NCBI GenBank assembly: GCA_001821055.1
Contig: MHRT01000005.1
Location: forward strand, 156,378-220,377
Direction of reading: 5' to 3'
Length of the DNA: 64,000 nucleotides
Origin: Candidatus Taylorbacteria bacterium RIFCSPHIGHO2_12_FULL_45_16
Lineage (GTDB): Bacteria; Patescibacteriota; Minisyncoccia; Phycocordibacterales; PALSA-1337
Of the stretch, positions 49,361 through 57,429 are shown one piece after another. The position numbers and the translations under genes are program-made. The notes under the pieces are model-generated. The model saw only the letters and a list, made by a program, of their open reading frames with translations. It was not told the origin of the DNA and did not search any database. Numbering within the stretch: position 1 is the stretch's first letter; each line of letters starts with the position of its first letter.

Positions 49361-49432
49361 TAGCCCTACGGGGAATCGAACCCCGATTACTGCCTTGAGA
49401 AGGCAATGTCCTAACCGTTAGACGATAGGGCC
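49361..49432 (-). tRNA. tRNA-Glu (anticodon CUC)
   Basis: Minus-strand read GGCCCTA-TC-GTCT-AACGGTTA-GGAC-A-TTGCC-TTCTCAA-GGCAG-TAAT-CGGGG-TTCGATT-CCCCG-TAGGGCT-A: cloverleaf with G1.U72, 7-nt T-loop TTCGATT, anticodon loop TTCTCAA. CCA not encoded. Confidence 0.8.
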
Positions 49433-49501
49433 CTGCTTCGCTAAAGCTACGCAGGGCAAGCCCCTCTCTAGCTTTACGCGCTTTGCATCATAACCTCTTT
49501 T

Positions 49502-50944
49502 CTACGCTTTCTCAAGCCATTCTTTCTCCTGACGGACCACCAACTGGTCGGCCTGATCAGGATATTTCATTAACATCTTTACAATGCGCTCCATCCGAAT
49601 CGACTGTGAACCCTTGATTAGAACTAGATCACCAGTTTTGATGATTGTTTTGAGAAATTCCCCAGCTTCAATAGAATTATCAAATGCGTGGACATTTCCA
49701 ACCACAAAACCATTCTTCACAGCCTCATCAGCCGTAGTGCGAGAGCGTTGTCCAACTGTTACAAGCACACTTGCCACACCGACAACTTCCCTACCGATCC
49801 GCCGGTGTTCTTCAGCCGAATAATGACCGAGTTCCATCATGTCACCCAGCGCAATGATTTTCGAACCATTAGTTTCCAATTCCTTCAAAGTATTCAAAGC
49901 TGAAATGACCGCATCTGGTGATGAATTGTAGCTATCATCGATCAACGTCGTATCGTAGGAGCCAGCAATTATATTCATTCTACTTTTCGGCGCTTCATAA
50001 TTATTGAGACCGTTAATGATTGCCGAGATCGGAACATCCTTTACTTTACCTACTGCGGCTGCTGCCAATAATGGATACATGTATGATCTACCAAGGAGGC
50101 CATTTATTGAAACTTGGGTACTCATTCCATTCAAATTCAATTTGAAAGTAAAGCCAGAAGGAATCTTTGTAGCCACAGCCAAACTGGTTGAATTCGAAGC
50201 TGAAACTGGAATAGAACTAGTCTGATTTGACTCTTCACTAGTCGAAATTGGCATAGAAATCGACTTTGAAATTGAAATTTGGGCTGTGGCCGAAACCGGC
50301 ACTTCTGCCAATTCATAAACAATTCTCTGTTCACTCCCCTTCACATCGGCCTTATTAATTGTTCCGAATGAAATGACTTTTACATCTTTATCCTTGACCA
50401 GTTCTCCAAGCAACAAAACTTTTTCATTATCAGCAAAAAGCACTAACGTCCCACCCTTTTTCACAGCCGTAGCAAGTGAAGCCTTCTCTTCAAAGACTTC
50501 TTTCGGTGATTTGAAAAACTCGACATGGACAGGGGTTGAACTGACTTGAGTGACTACGGCAATCTCCGGATGAAGCCATCTGGCTATTTTTCTAATATCA
50601 CCTGGATGATCAGCACCAATTTCCAAAACCAAACAGTCAGGATATTCATTCTTCCGGAAAATCAATCCGAGACCACATGAAATATTCCGAAGCCAACCCC
50701 ACAGACTATGCCAAGCATTTGGTACGCCGATAATAGTCAGGGGCAAACCGATTTCACTATTCAAACTCTTTTCACTTTTGCGAACATAATTACTCTGATT
50801 CTTGAGCACGCTATAAATAGCATCCTTGGTTGAAGTTTTCCCTACACTGCCAGTAACAGCTACTATAAAAGGCCTATACTTGGCCAGAATGAGTCGAGAT
50901 TCGAGAATCAGGATTGCTGCCAGGATTTTCTTGAAGAGAATCAT
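49502..50944 (-). CDS. murF: UDP-N-acetylmuramoyl-tripeptide--D-alanyl-D-alanine ligase with a Ser/Thr-rich low-complexity insertion
   Basis: VAVTGSVGKTSTKDAI P-loop and DDSYNSSPDAV (MurF-type). About 60-aa insert SATAQISISKSISMPISTSEESNQTSS…. Confidence 0.75.
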   Translation of the reverse strand: MILFKKILAAILILESRLILAKYRPFIVAVTGSVGKTSTKDAIYSVLKNQSNYVRKSEKSLNSEIGLPLTIIGVPNAWHSLWGWLRNISCGLGLIFRKNEYPDCLVLEIGADHPGDIRKIARWLHPEIAVVTQVSSTPVHVEFFKSPKEVFEEKASLATAVKKGGTLVLFADNEKVLLLGELVKDKDVKVISFGTINKADVKGSEQRIVYELAEVPVSATAQISISKSISMPISTSEESNQTSSIPVSASNSTSLAVATKIPSGFTFKLNLNGMSTQVSINGLLGRSYMYPLLAAAAVGKVKDVPISAIINGLNNYEAPKSRMNIIAGSYDTTLIDDSYNSSPDAVISALNTLKELETNGSKIIALGDMMELGHYSAEEHRRIGREVVGVASVLVTVGQRSRTTADEAVKNGFVVGNVHAFDNSIEAGEFLKTIIKTGDLVLIKGSQSIRMERIVKMLMKYPDQADQLVVRQEKEWLEKA

Positions 50945-51594
50945 TGTTTTAGTGATTTTATATCCCCAATCTTTTCACTTATTTTTTTAACAGATAAATT
51001 ATTAACCAACGATTCCATTTGAAAAATCGCTATTTTATTTAACTTCTGAAGCCGTATATTTTGTGAAATTTTCTGTGGAATAATGTGTTTCCTGATTGCA
51101 TCAGTATGAATTTTATAATTCACCTTGGCAAGTAGACGTTTCAAATCCCAACCAGTAGCTATTTTCTCGTTTTCTTCAATTTTTAGGCGTTGAAACTCTT
51201 TGATCAGATATAGTTCAAACTCGGGACTAATCCAGGAAGCAAATTCAAAAGCAATGTCCATATGGCCATAAGTTCCACCATATCGACCAGATTTTGAAAT
51301 AAGCCCGATTGCGGAGGTTTCATTTATCCATCTTTTTGGTGTTAAAGAAAAACTATTTAATCCCGCCTTATTTTTAAACCCATCGAATTCGATGGAATTA
51401 AAGGTTGGATTATGAATTCGTTCCCACAGACCAAGAAACTCTATTGTACTCCTTGTACGGATCCAGTTTTGCAAAATATAGTCAGTTTTTTCATTGTCTT
51501 TATAGCGAGCAATATCAGACAAAGAAATAAAGTCGCCTGCCAAATGAGACGTAAAGCCAATCGAGATATCCTGTACGACTATTTTTTTTATCAT
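50941..51594 (-). CDS. KilA-N domain-containing protein (phage/mobile-element-associated DNA-binding fold) embedded in the dcw cluster
   Basis: …RYGGTYGHMDIAFEFASWISPEFELYLIKEF… matches the KilA-N core (GTWVHPDLAIEFARWLSPEF). 217 aa with a C-terminal coiled-coil. Confidence 0.55.
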   Translation of the reverse strand: MIKKIVVQDISIGFTSHLAGDFISLSDIARYKDNEKTDYILQNWIRTRSTIEFLGLWERIHNPTFNSIEFDGFKNKAGLNSFSLTPKRWINETSAIGLISKSGRYGGTYGHMDIAFEFASWISPEFELYLIKEFQRLKIEENEKIATGWDLKRLLAKVNYKIHTDAIRKHIIPQKISQNIRLQKLNKIAIFQMESLVNNLSVKKISEKIGDIKSLKQ

Positions 51595-51642
51595 ATTGAA
51601 TAGAACCCATTATAAGCGGATTTTGAGAAAAAGGAAAATGAA

Positions 51643-52080
51643 TTAATTTTTCCAACCGATAATGATCGAGCCGCAATTATCTTCAGGAAATCTATTATCT
51701 GGATGGATTTTTAGTAACTCTGTTTCAACTTCTCTCTCAAAATCAACAAGTTTATCTTTGAAAAGTCCTGGGGCGGCAAATGACATACTATATAGGAGGC
51801 CAACAATTTCATCTATATTAAGAGTGCGTGTAGGTAGATTAAATTCAATTTTTTCTGTTCTCCTAAAACTTGATCTATTCAAAAAATCAATGAAATCGTT
51901 TTTCGTACCTGTAGATTTATATTCCCCATTCAGAGTCATCCTACGTGGTCCAAGATATTTTTTGATTATTTCGAGAACCTTTTGTTGCCAGAATTGAGGT
52001 GCATGGGTCCATATCGTACGAATGCCAATTATGACAACTGCGCCATTTTCAGATAAAAGACTATGTACTGAATCCAACAT
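51643..52080 (-). pseudogene. C-terminal fragment of a class I SAM-dependent methyltransferase-like protein (N-terminal SAM-binding half absent)
   Basis: Begins MLDSVHSLLSENGAVVII, which resembles MTase motif IV onward. An in-frame stop sits immediately upstream of the ATG, and no GxGxG region is found. Confidence 0.35.
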
Positions 52081-52115
52081 ACTTAATGAATCAAACCAAT
52101 GTACTTCTTTCTTCT

Positions 52116-53831
52116 CTACCGATCCGGTGGCACATTGTAATAATCAATCAGAAACTTCGTCAGTTCACCAAATGGCTCCGCCAAAGTTTCGGAAGCGTAT
52201 TGCGCGCCCTTGGGATACTTTTGGTATAAGAAAACAATAAATTTCGGTTCATAGGCCGGAAAATACCCGAAAAAAGAGTGGAGGTAGCGGTCTTGATAAT
52301 ACCCTTTGGTCGTGGAATCGGCTATTTGGGCCGTACCGGTTTTCGCGGCGACGGTATAGTGCTCTACTCTAAGCGCGCCTTTGCGTAAAGCTTCATCAAC
52401 CACTTTGACCAACATTCGCGTCACGGTTTCCACGGTTTCCGGCTTCAAAACTTGGACTCCAACGTCAGGCGTGATAATTTTTTTTGTGCCGTCCACGTAA
52501 TCAATTTCCTGAACCAAACGCGGTTTGACTATTTTTCCGTTGTTCGCTAACACCGCCAAGGCCCGCGTCATGGCCATCGGCGACAAGGCGATGCCTTGCC
52601 CATACGCCATAGTAGCGATTTCGATATCACGCCCAGTTTTCAAATTTGCGACAAGTCCAACAGTCTCATTCGGTTGATCGACGCCAGTCTTGCTGCCAAA
52701 CCCCAAAGCAGTAAAATATCTTACGAACGCCTGTTTCCCGACTTCCAATGCCACCGTAGCCGAGCCGACATTGAGTGACTGGCTTAGAATTTCCTGAATC
52801 GAGGTTGTCGGACCACGCGCCTTGCCGTCAAAATTTGAAATATTCTTGCCGCTCAGAGTCATCTTGCCCGTATCATCATATGTCCATGTCGGAGTCAGGG
52901 CGCCGGAATCAAATCCAATGGCCACCGTCAACGGTTTCATTATGGAACCCATTTCGTAAGCGTATTCGACAAGTGGATTGGAAAGGATTCCAATATTTTT
53001 TATTTTGGATATGTCGTTCGGATCAAAATCGGGCAATGAAGCCATGGCGAATATATTTCCCGTCTTCGGGTCCATGATGATGCCTCCAATTTCATCAGGC
53101 TTCCATTGGTCGTTCGTTTCGTCAAGGACCTTTTCCAAGTATCCCTGCACCGTCGGTTCTATAGTCGTCACAATATCTCCGCGAACGAAATCCGCACTCA
53201 AAATAGAATTACGCGTATTAGTGAAAAGTTGTGCAAAAATATTAGCCGAAGACGAAACATACGGACGACTTAGAATATTTTCGTACGTGCGTTCCAAACC
53301 GTATCGCCCCTCGATTGTTCCGTCGCTTTCACCGACAATACCCAAAACATGGGCCGCCAAATTAGCGCCTGGGTATAGACGAATCGTCTCTTTTACGACC
53401 CCAATCCCATTCAACGACAACGAACTGACCTGCTGGGCTACCGAAGCATCGATCTTTTTCGCCAATTCTTCATACGGGTCGTTCAGTAGCGCGGATTTTC
53501 TGAGAAATTGTTCCCGATCAATCTTGATATATTGTGAAAGAGCCTGATATGTACCTTGGGCGTCTTTGATTAGTTTTGGATTGACATAAACAAGATAGTT
53601 TGACGATAATGTCGCGGCGGAAGAATGTGTGCCGTCTTTGGCGGTAAACATTATGGACCCTCTATCAAAAAAATTCAATGGTAGTTTGACCTGCTTCTCA
53701 ACTTTCGCGACATATTCAGATCCGCGCGTAATCTGGAGATTATATAATGTCACGCCAAGGCCAAAAGCGGCCACGATAATTCCTCCCAATATAATACGCG
53801 CACGAAATCTTTGTTTAGAGTTCATGACCAA
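52116..53831 (-). CDS. ftsI: Penicillin-binding protein 2/3-type transpeptidase (FtsI-like)
   Basis: N-terminal TM, dimerisation domain, and transpeptidase SxxK (GSIMKP), SxN and KTGTA motifs. Confidence 0.8.
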   Translation of the reverse strand: MVMNSKQRFRARIILGGIIVAAFGLGVTLYNLQITRGSEYVAKVEKQVKLPLNFFDRGSIMFTAKDGTHSSAATLSSNYLVYVNPKLIKDAQGTYQALSQYIKIDREQFLRKSALLNDPYEELAKKIDASVAQQVSSLSLNGIGVVKETIRLYPGANLAAHVLGIVGESDGTIEGRYGLERTYENILSRPYVSSSANIFAQLFTNTRNSILSADFVRGDIVTTIEPTVQGYLEKVLDETNDQWKPDEIGGIIMDPKTGNIFAMASLPDFDPNDISKIKNIGILSNPLVEYAYEMGSIMKPLTVAIGFDSGALTPTWTYDDTGKMTLSGKNISNFDGKARGPTTSIQEILSQSLNVGSATVALEVGKQAFVRYFTALGFGSKTGVDQPNETVGLVANLKTGRDIEIATMAYGQGIALSPMAMTRALAVLANNGKIVKPRLVQEIDYVDGTKKIITPDVGVQVLKPETVETVTRMLVKVVDEALRKGALRVEHYTVAAKTGTAQIADSTTKGYYQDRYLHSFFGYFPAYEPKFIVFLYQKYPKGAQYASETLAEPFGELTKFLIDYYNVPPDR

Positions 53832-54150
53832 CTAAAACAACCCGTCCCAATGCGGCTGTACGGGATATGAAAGCGCTTACTCTACCTTGATCAAAACCGC
53901 GGGCAACAAGAGTATCGGGCGTGACAGCACTCGAAAGAATGATATATTCCGCGTCAAGTTTATTGATTGCGGTATCTATGGCCGCAACTTGTGTCGTGAC
54001 GCGTTGTATTGATATTGTATAAGAAATGACGCGATAAAGATTGATCGAGTAGACGACGGCCAGAGCCGCGCCGGTCGCTAAAAGAGCCAGAGTAATTTGG
54101 CGTCTATATCCATGGATAGTCGTGTATGTGTGTGTAATTGCCTTGATCAT
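53815..54150 (-). CDS. Small bitopic membrane protein, FtsL-like by position (between rsmH and ftsI)
   Basis: Single TM (ITLALLATGAALAVVYSINLY) followed by a short periplasmic segment. Synteny is the only support for an FtsL call. Confidence 0.4.
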   Translation of the reverse strand: MIKAITHTYTTIHGYRRQITLALLATGAALAVVYSINLYRVISYTISIQRVTTQVAAIDTAINKLDAEYIILSSAVTPDTLVARGFDQGRVSAFISRTAALGRVVLVGHEL

Positions 54151-54213
54151 AATAAATGGTTAATTATGAATTTGCCGTACTCATAATTCACAACTCTTAA
54201 TTTGATTTATATC

Positions 54214-55122
54214 TCATATTTTTTCTATCACTCTCAATTTCGCGCTTCTTGATCTTGGATTTTCCGTTTTCTCCTGATCTCCGGCCATGATTGGCTTTTT
54301 TGTGATGATCCGCGCGCCTTCAATTGCTTTTTTTTTATAGAAATCTTTGACAATACGGTCCTCAAGGCTATGAAACGCGATGATTGCCATCCTGCCCCTT
54401 GGATTAAGCCTCGCGTATCCTTTTGTCAACCCTTCTCTAAGCGCGTTGAGTTCGTCGTTGACCGCGATACGTAAGGCTTGGAATGTTTTCGTCGCCGGAT
54501 GAATCTTGGTACCTCTCTTATAAAATCCCGGAGTGGCTGATTTGACGATTTCCGCTAGTTCACCGGATGTTTCAATTTTCTTTTTGACCCTATACGCTAT
54601 GAGTGTTCTGGCGATCCGGCGCGCAAAGCGTTCTTCGCCATATCCGAATATCACATTGGCGATATCTTCTTCCGCCCAATTGTTGATAATGTCTCGGGCG
54701 ACGAATGGATATCTGGACGGATCTCCCATAGTCATGAGCAACGGTTCATCTTTCTGAAAAGTAAATCCCTTACCGGAATTTTCCAATTCATCGGAAGAGA
54801 CTCCAAGATCTAGAAGCATCATGTCAACGCCGGCAATCTGGTGTCTGTCCAAGACTTTATCAAGGTCGCGATAATCTTCATTTTCAAGAATAATTCGCTC
54901 CGCTTTCCCTTTTAAAGCTTCATTGGCCAGAAATATCGCTTGCGGATCGCGATCCAGGCCGATGATTGTCAATTTCCCTTCGAAAGATTTGGCAATCATC
55001 AAAGCGTGTCCGGCACCTCCGAGCGTGCCATCTAGATATGTCTGAGGTCCGACCTTGGACTTGATTGGAAGCATAGCTACAATCACTTCATGTAAAAGAA
55101 CAGGCGTGTGGACGGTGTTCAT
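54214..55122 (-). CDS. rsmH: 16S rRNA (cytosine1402-N4)-methyltransferase RsmH (MraW)
   Basis: HTPVLLHEVI…DGTLGGAGHA…, the canonical RsmH N-terminus. Confidence 0.85.
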   Translation of the reverse strand: MNTVHTPVLLHEVIVAMLPIKSKVGPQTYLDGTLGGAGHALMIAKSFEGKLTIIGLDRDPQAIFLANEALKGKAERIILENEDYRDLDKVLDRHQIAGVDMMLLDLGVSSDELENSGKGFTFQKDEPLLMTMGDPSRYPFVARDIINNWAEEDIANVIFGYGEERFARRIARTLIAYRVKKKIETSGELAEIVKSATPGFYKRGTKIHPATKTFQALRIAVNDELNALREGLTKGYARLNPRGRMAIIAFHSLEDRIVKDFYKKKAIEGARIITKKPIMAGDQEKTENPRSRSAKLRVIEKI

Positions 55123-55130
55123 GTCAGCTA

Positions 55131-55571
55131 TTATGCATGACCCTCTCTGCCCAATTTCTCAGCAAGCGAATCAGCTCTGAGCTCGACTTCATGAACATAC
55201 GCGTTCCACGCTTCTTCGTTCCATAACTCTACGCGATCTTTGACGCCAACAAAGGCGACAGAAGATTGGAGCTTGGCGCGTTGACGCAAATGCTCCGGGA
55301 TGAGCATGCGACCAACTGCGTCAACCTCGACCTCAACCGCTCTACCCAAGAGATAGCGGTTGAAGCCACGATTGTCCGATGAGAGCATCGAAGCGTGAGA
55401 CACCGACAAACGACCGGAAATTTTTTCCCACTCTCCAACCGTAAAGATGAAGAGGCAGGAATCTAGTCCTGGCGTAATTACCACCGTCTTTCCCATTTCC
55501 TTGCGAAATTTGGATGGAAGAGACAGACGGTTTTTGTCGTCGATAGTGTGTCTGTATTCCCCGATTAACAT
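55131..55571 (-). CDS. mraZ: Transcriptional regulator MraZ
   Basis: MLIGEYRHTIDDKNRLSLPSKFR and a second DxxxR repeat. Confidence 0.85.
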   Translation of the reverse strand: MLIGEYRHTIDDKNRLSLPSKFRKEMGKTVVITPGLDSCLFIFTVGEWEKISGRLSVSHASMLSSDNRGFNRYLLGRAVEVEVDAVGRMLIPEHLRQRAKLQSSVAFVGVKDRVELWNEEAWNAYVHEVELRADSLAEKLGREGHA

Positions 55572-55722
55572 ACATCATGCGGGTATGAAGTGATGTTAAA
55601 TAATGTCGACCATTTATTTACCACTTCTTCCCACTTAATGGATATTATATACCACTTTAATCAAAAAGGCATGCAAATGAAGGTGGGGATAACCTGTGAA
55701 TGAGTTTTGAGATGTATTTACG

Positions 55723-57165
55723 CTACTCAACATACTCTGCCCCTTTTTCATACAACACTAATTTTGTTTGTCTCAAATTGTTCAGAATAGACATCATAAA
55801 TTTCCACGAAGCCATTATCTCATCGGTTGAGGCAAAGAGTGCTTGGTCGCCGATGAAAGCATCGTGAATGAGTCTCTCGTAATCATTGGAAATGATATCA
55901 AAAGACGCGACATCGGCGTATTTGAATTTCAGTGTCTTTGATTCGGTTATATAATCATAACCCGGAACTTTGACGAAAAATCTAATACGAATCCCTTCTT
56001 CCGGTTGAATCCGAAAAGTCAAAATGTTTTGTTTGTTTTCCGCGTCACCCACTCCTGTCTCTTGTCTGTCGTTTCTTTCTCCTTTTTTGAAATACACATC
56101 TATCTCCACCTTTGATTCCGACATCGCTTTTCCGCTTTCCAGGTAAAACGGCACATCTTTCCAACGCGAAGAATTGATGAGTGCCTGGATACGAAAATAT
56201 GTCTCCGTTTGGGATTGCGCCGAAATGCCACTCTCCTGCATGTAGCCCATGTATTGGCCTCTCACCACGCGCCCACGGATCGAACGGCCGGTCATCAGCT
56301 TCAATTTCTCTAATATCTTTGCGCGTTCACAGCGGATATCTTTGGCTTTGAATGAATCCGGCGCTTCCATGGCAACTATAGCCAACATCATTAACATGTG
56401 ATTTTGTCCGACATCCTTGAGCGCACCGATCGGATTGTAGAATGCCCCGCGACCGTCCATCCCAGACTTCTCAAAGAGTTTAATGTGCACTTTATCTATA
56501 AAATGCCTATTCCAAAGAGGCTCAAACATGGAATTCGAGAAACGAAACGCCATAATATTCTGCAGAACTTCTTTGGCCAAATAATGATCAATGCGAAATA
56601 TCTGTTCTTCTTTGAAGAGCGTCCCTAGAAGCTTGTCAAGGCATCTGGCCGTGTCACTGTCGCTGCCAAAAGGTTTTTCTATCAAAACGCGCGTCCAGCC
56701 GCTGCCATCACCGCAAGATTGGGCCAATCCGGAACGCGCGATATTGCTCAGAATTTTTTCATACAGAGTCGGTGGAACGGATAAATGATATAGTTTGTTG
56801 GAGCACTGACCCCAGCGATCATCTATATTCTTCATCTTTGAAGCAAGACGAATATACGCACCGGCATCATCAAACATACCCTGTTCATAGGACATGTGGT
56901 CAAGAAAATGTTTGATGTCTTCTTCCTTGAATTGACCGAGCCTGACATTCATCCGGCTACGGATGAACTCGCGAAATTCTTCTCTGTTAAACATGCGGCG
57001 AGAAAAGCCGAGAATGGCGAAACGGGACGGCAAAAGCTTCTTCGTATATAAATTCAGCAGTGCCGGGATAAGTTTGCGTGACGCCAAATCACCGGTAATG
57101 CCAAAAATAACAAATATCGTTGGATTCAAAGCGAATAGTGCAACAGGTCGATCTGGTTGTGTCAT
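55723..57165 (-). CDS. zwf: Glucose-6-phosphate 1-dehydrogenase
   Basis: GITGDLASRKLIPAL (NADP site) and RIDHYLAKE (the G6PD signature with G replaced by A). 480 aa. Confidence 0.85.
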   Translation of the reverse strand: MTQPDRPVALFALNPTIFVIFGITGDLASRKLIPALLNLYTKKLLPSRFAILGFSRRMFNREEFREFIRSRMNVRLGQFKEEDIKHFLDHMSYEQGMFDDAGAYIRLASKMKNIDDRWGQCSNKLYHLSVPPTLYEKILSNIARSGLAQSCGDGSGWTRVLIEKPFGSDSDTARCLDKLLGTLFKEEQIFRIDHYLAKEVLQNIMAFRFSNSMFEPLWNRHFIDKVHIKLFEKSGMDGRGAFYNPIGALKDVGQNHMLMMLAIVAMEAPDSFKAKDIRCERAKILEKLKLMTGRSIRGRVVRGQYMGYMQESGISAQSQTETYFRIQALINSSRWKDVPFYLESGKAMSESKVEIDVYFKKGERNDRQETGVGDAENKQNILTFRIQPEEGIRIRFFVKVPGYDYITESKTLKFKYADVASFDIISNDYERLIHDAFIGDQALFASTDEIMASWKFMMSILNNLRQTKLVLYEKGAEYVE

Positions 57166-57205
57166 GTAGCAAGTTTACAGTGAAAGGCATGTTCCCGCAA
57201 TTTCA

Positions 57206-57421
57206 CTAAAAGTCTTCTCCCCATTCAACCCATTTTGGATATAAGTTGCCTGCCACAAACACGCAAGGCAAGATGACGATGCCGGCAAGCACCCAGAATA
57301 TGAAATGCAGTGCCATCGGAATGAAGCCAAAAAAAACCGATGCCATTTCTTTACAAATTTCCCAGATTACCGAAAATAATCCGCTAAATGTTTCTCCCAT
57401 AGAGAAAATATGGTAGCGCAC
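57206..57421 (-). CDS. Hypothetical small membrane protein
   Basis: 71-aa ORF with two TM helices. Confidence 0.3.
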   Translation of the reverse strand: MRYHIFSMGETFSGLFSVIWEICKEMASVFFGFIPMALHFIFWVLAGIVILPCVFVAGNLYPKWVEWGEDF

Positions 57422-57429
57422 AAATCACG

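Larger units (their letters stand above)
42858..49379. mobile_element. GC-rich genomic island integrated at the 3' end of tRNA-Glu(CUC): direct repeats, inverted repeats, hairpin arrays, DinG-like helicase, MazF-like toxin. No integrase detected.
   Basis: Compositional shift to high GC by eye (ccgcgcctctcgcctcgccagctcgg…). Three copies of the tRNA 3'-end 19-mer: the tRNA itself, 49180-49198 and 42859-42877. Two 171/172-bp near-identical direct repeats. A 47-bp inverted-repeat pair. All four cargo genes lie on the minus strand. Confidence 0.55.

Noticed and set aside
42858-49379. Integrase, transposase, RAYT or HUH gene within or next to the island.
   Set aside because: All ORFs over 60 aa in 41.9-50.9 kb were read. 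None shows R…HxxR…Y tyrosine-recombinase, serine-recombinase (the only trace is the distant remnant at 58.2 kb), DDE or HUH motifs.
49433-49462. Hairpin cctgc-ttcgctaaagctac-gcagg immediately 5' of tRNA-Glu, with a similar cctgctacgctaaggcttcgcag at about 59821-59845.
   Set aside because: Only two copies, and the second is not adjacent to an intact tRNA. Possibly a tRNA leader or processing element, but support is thin.
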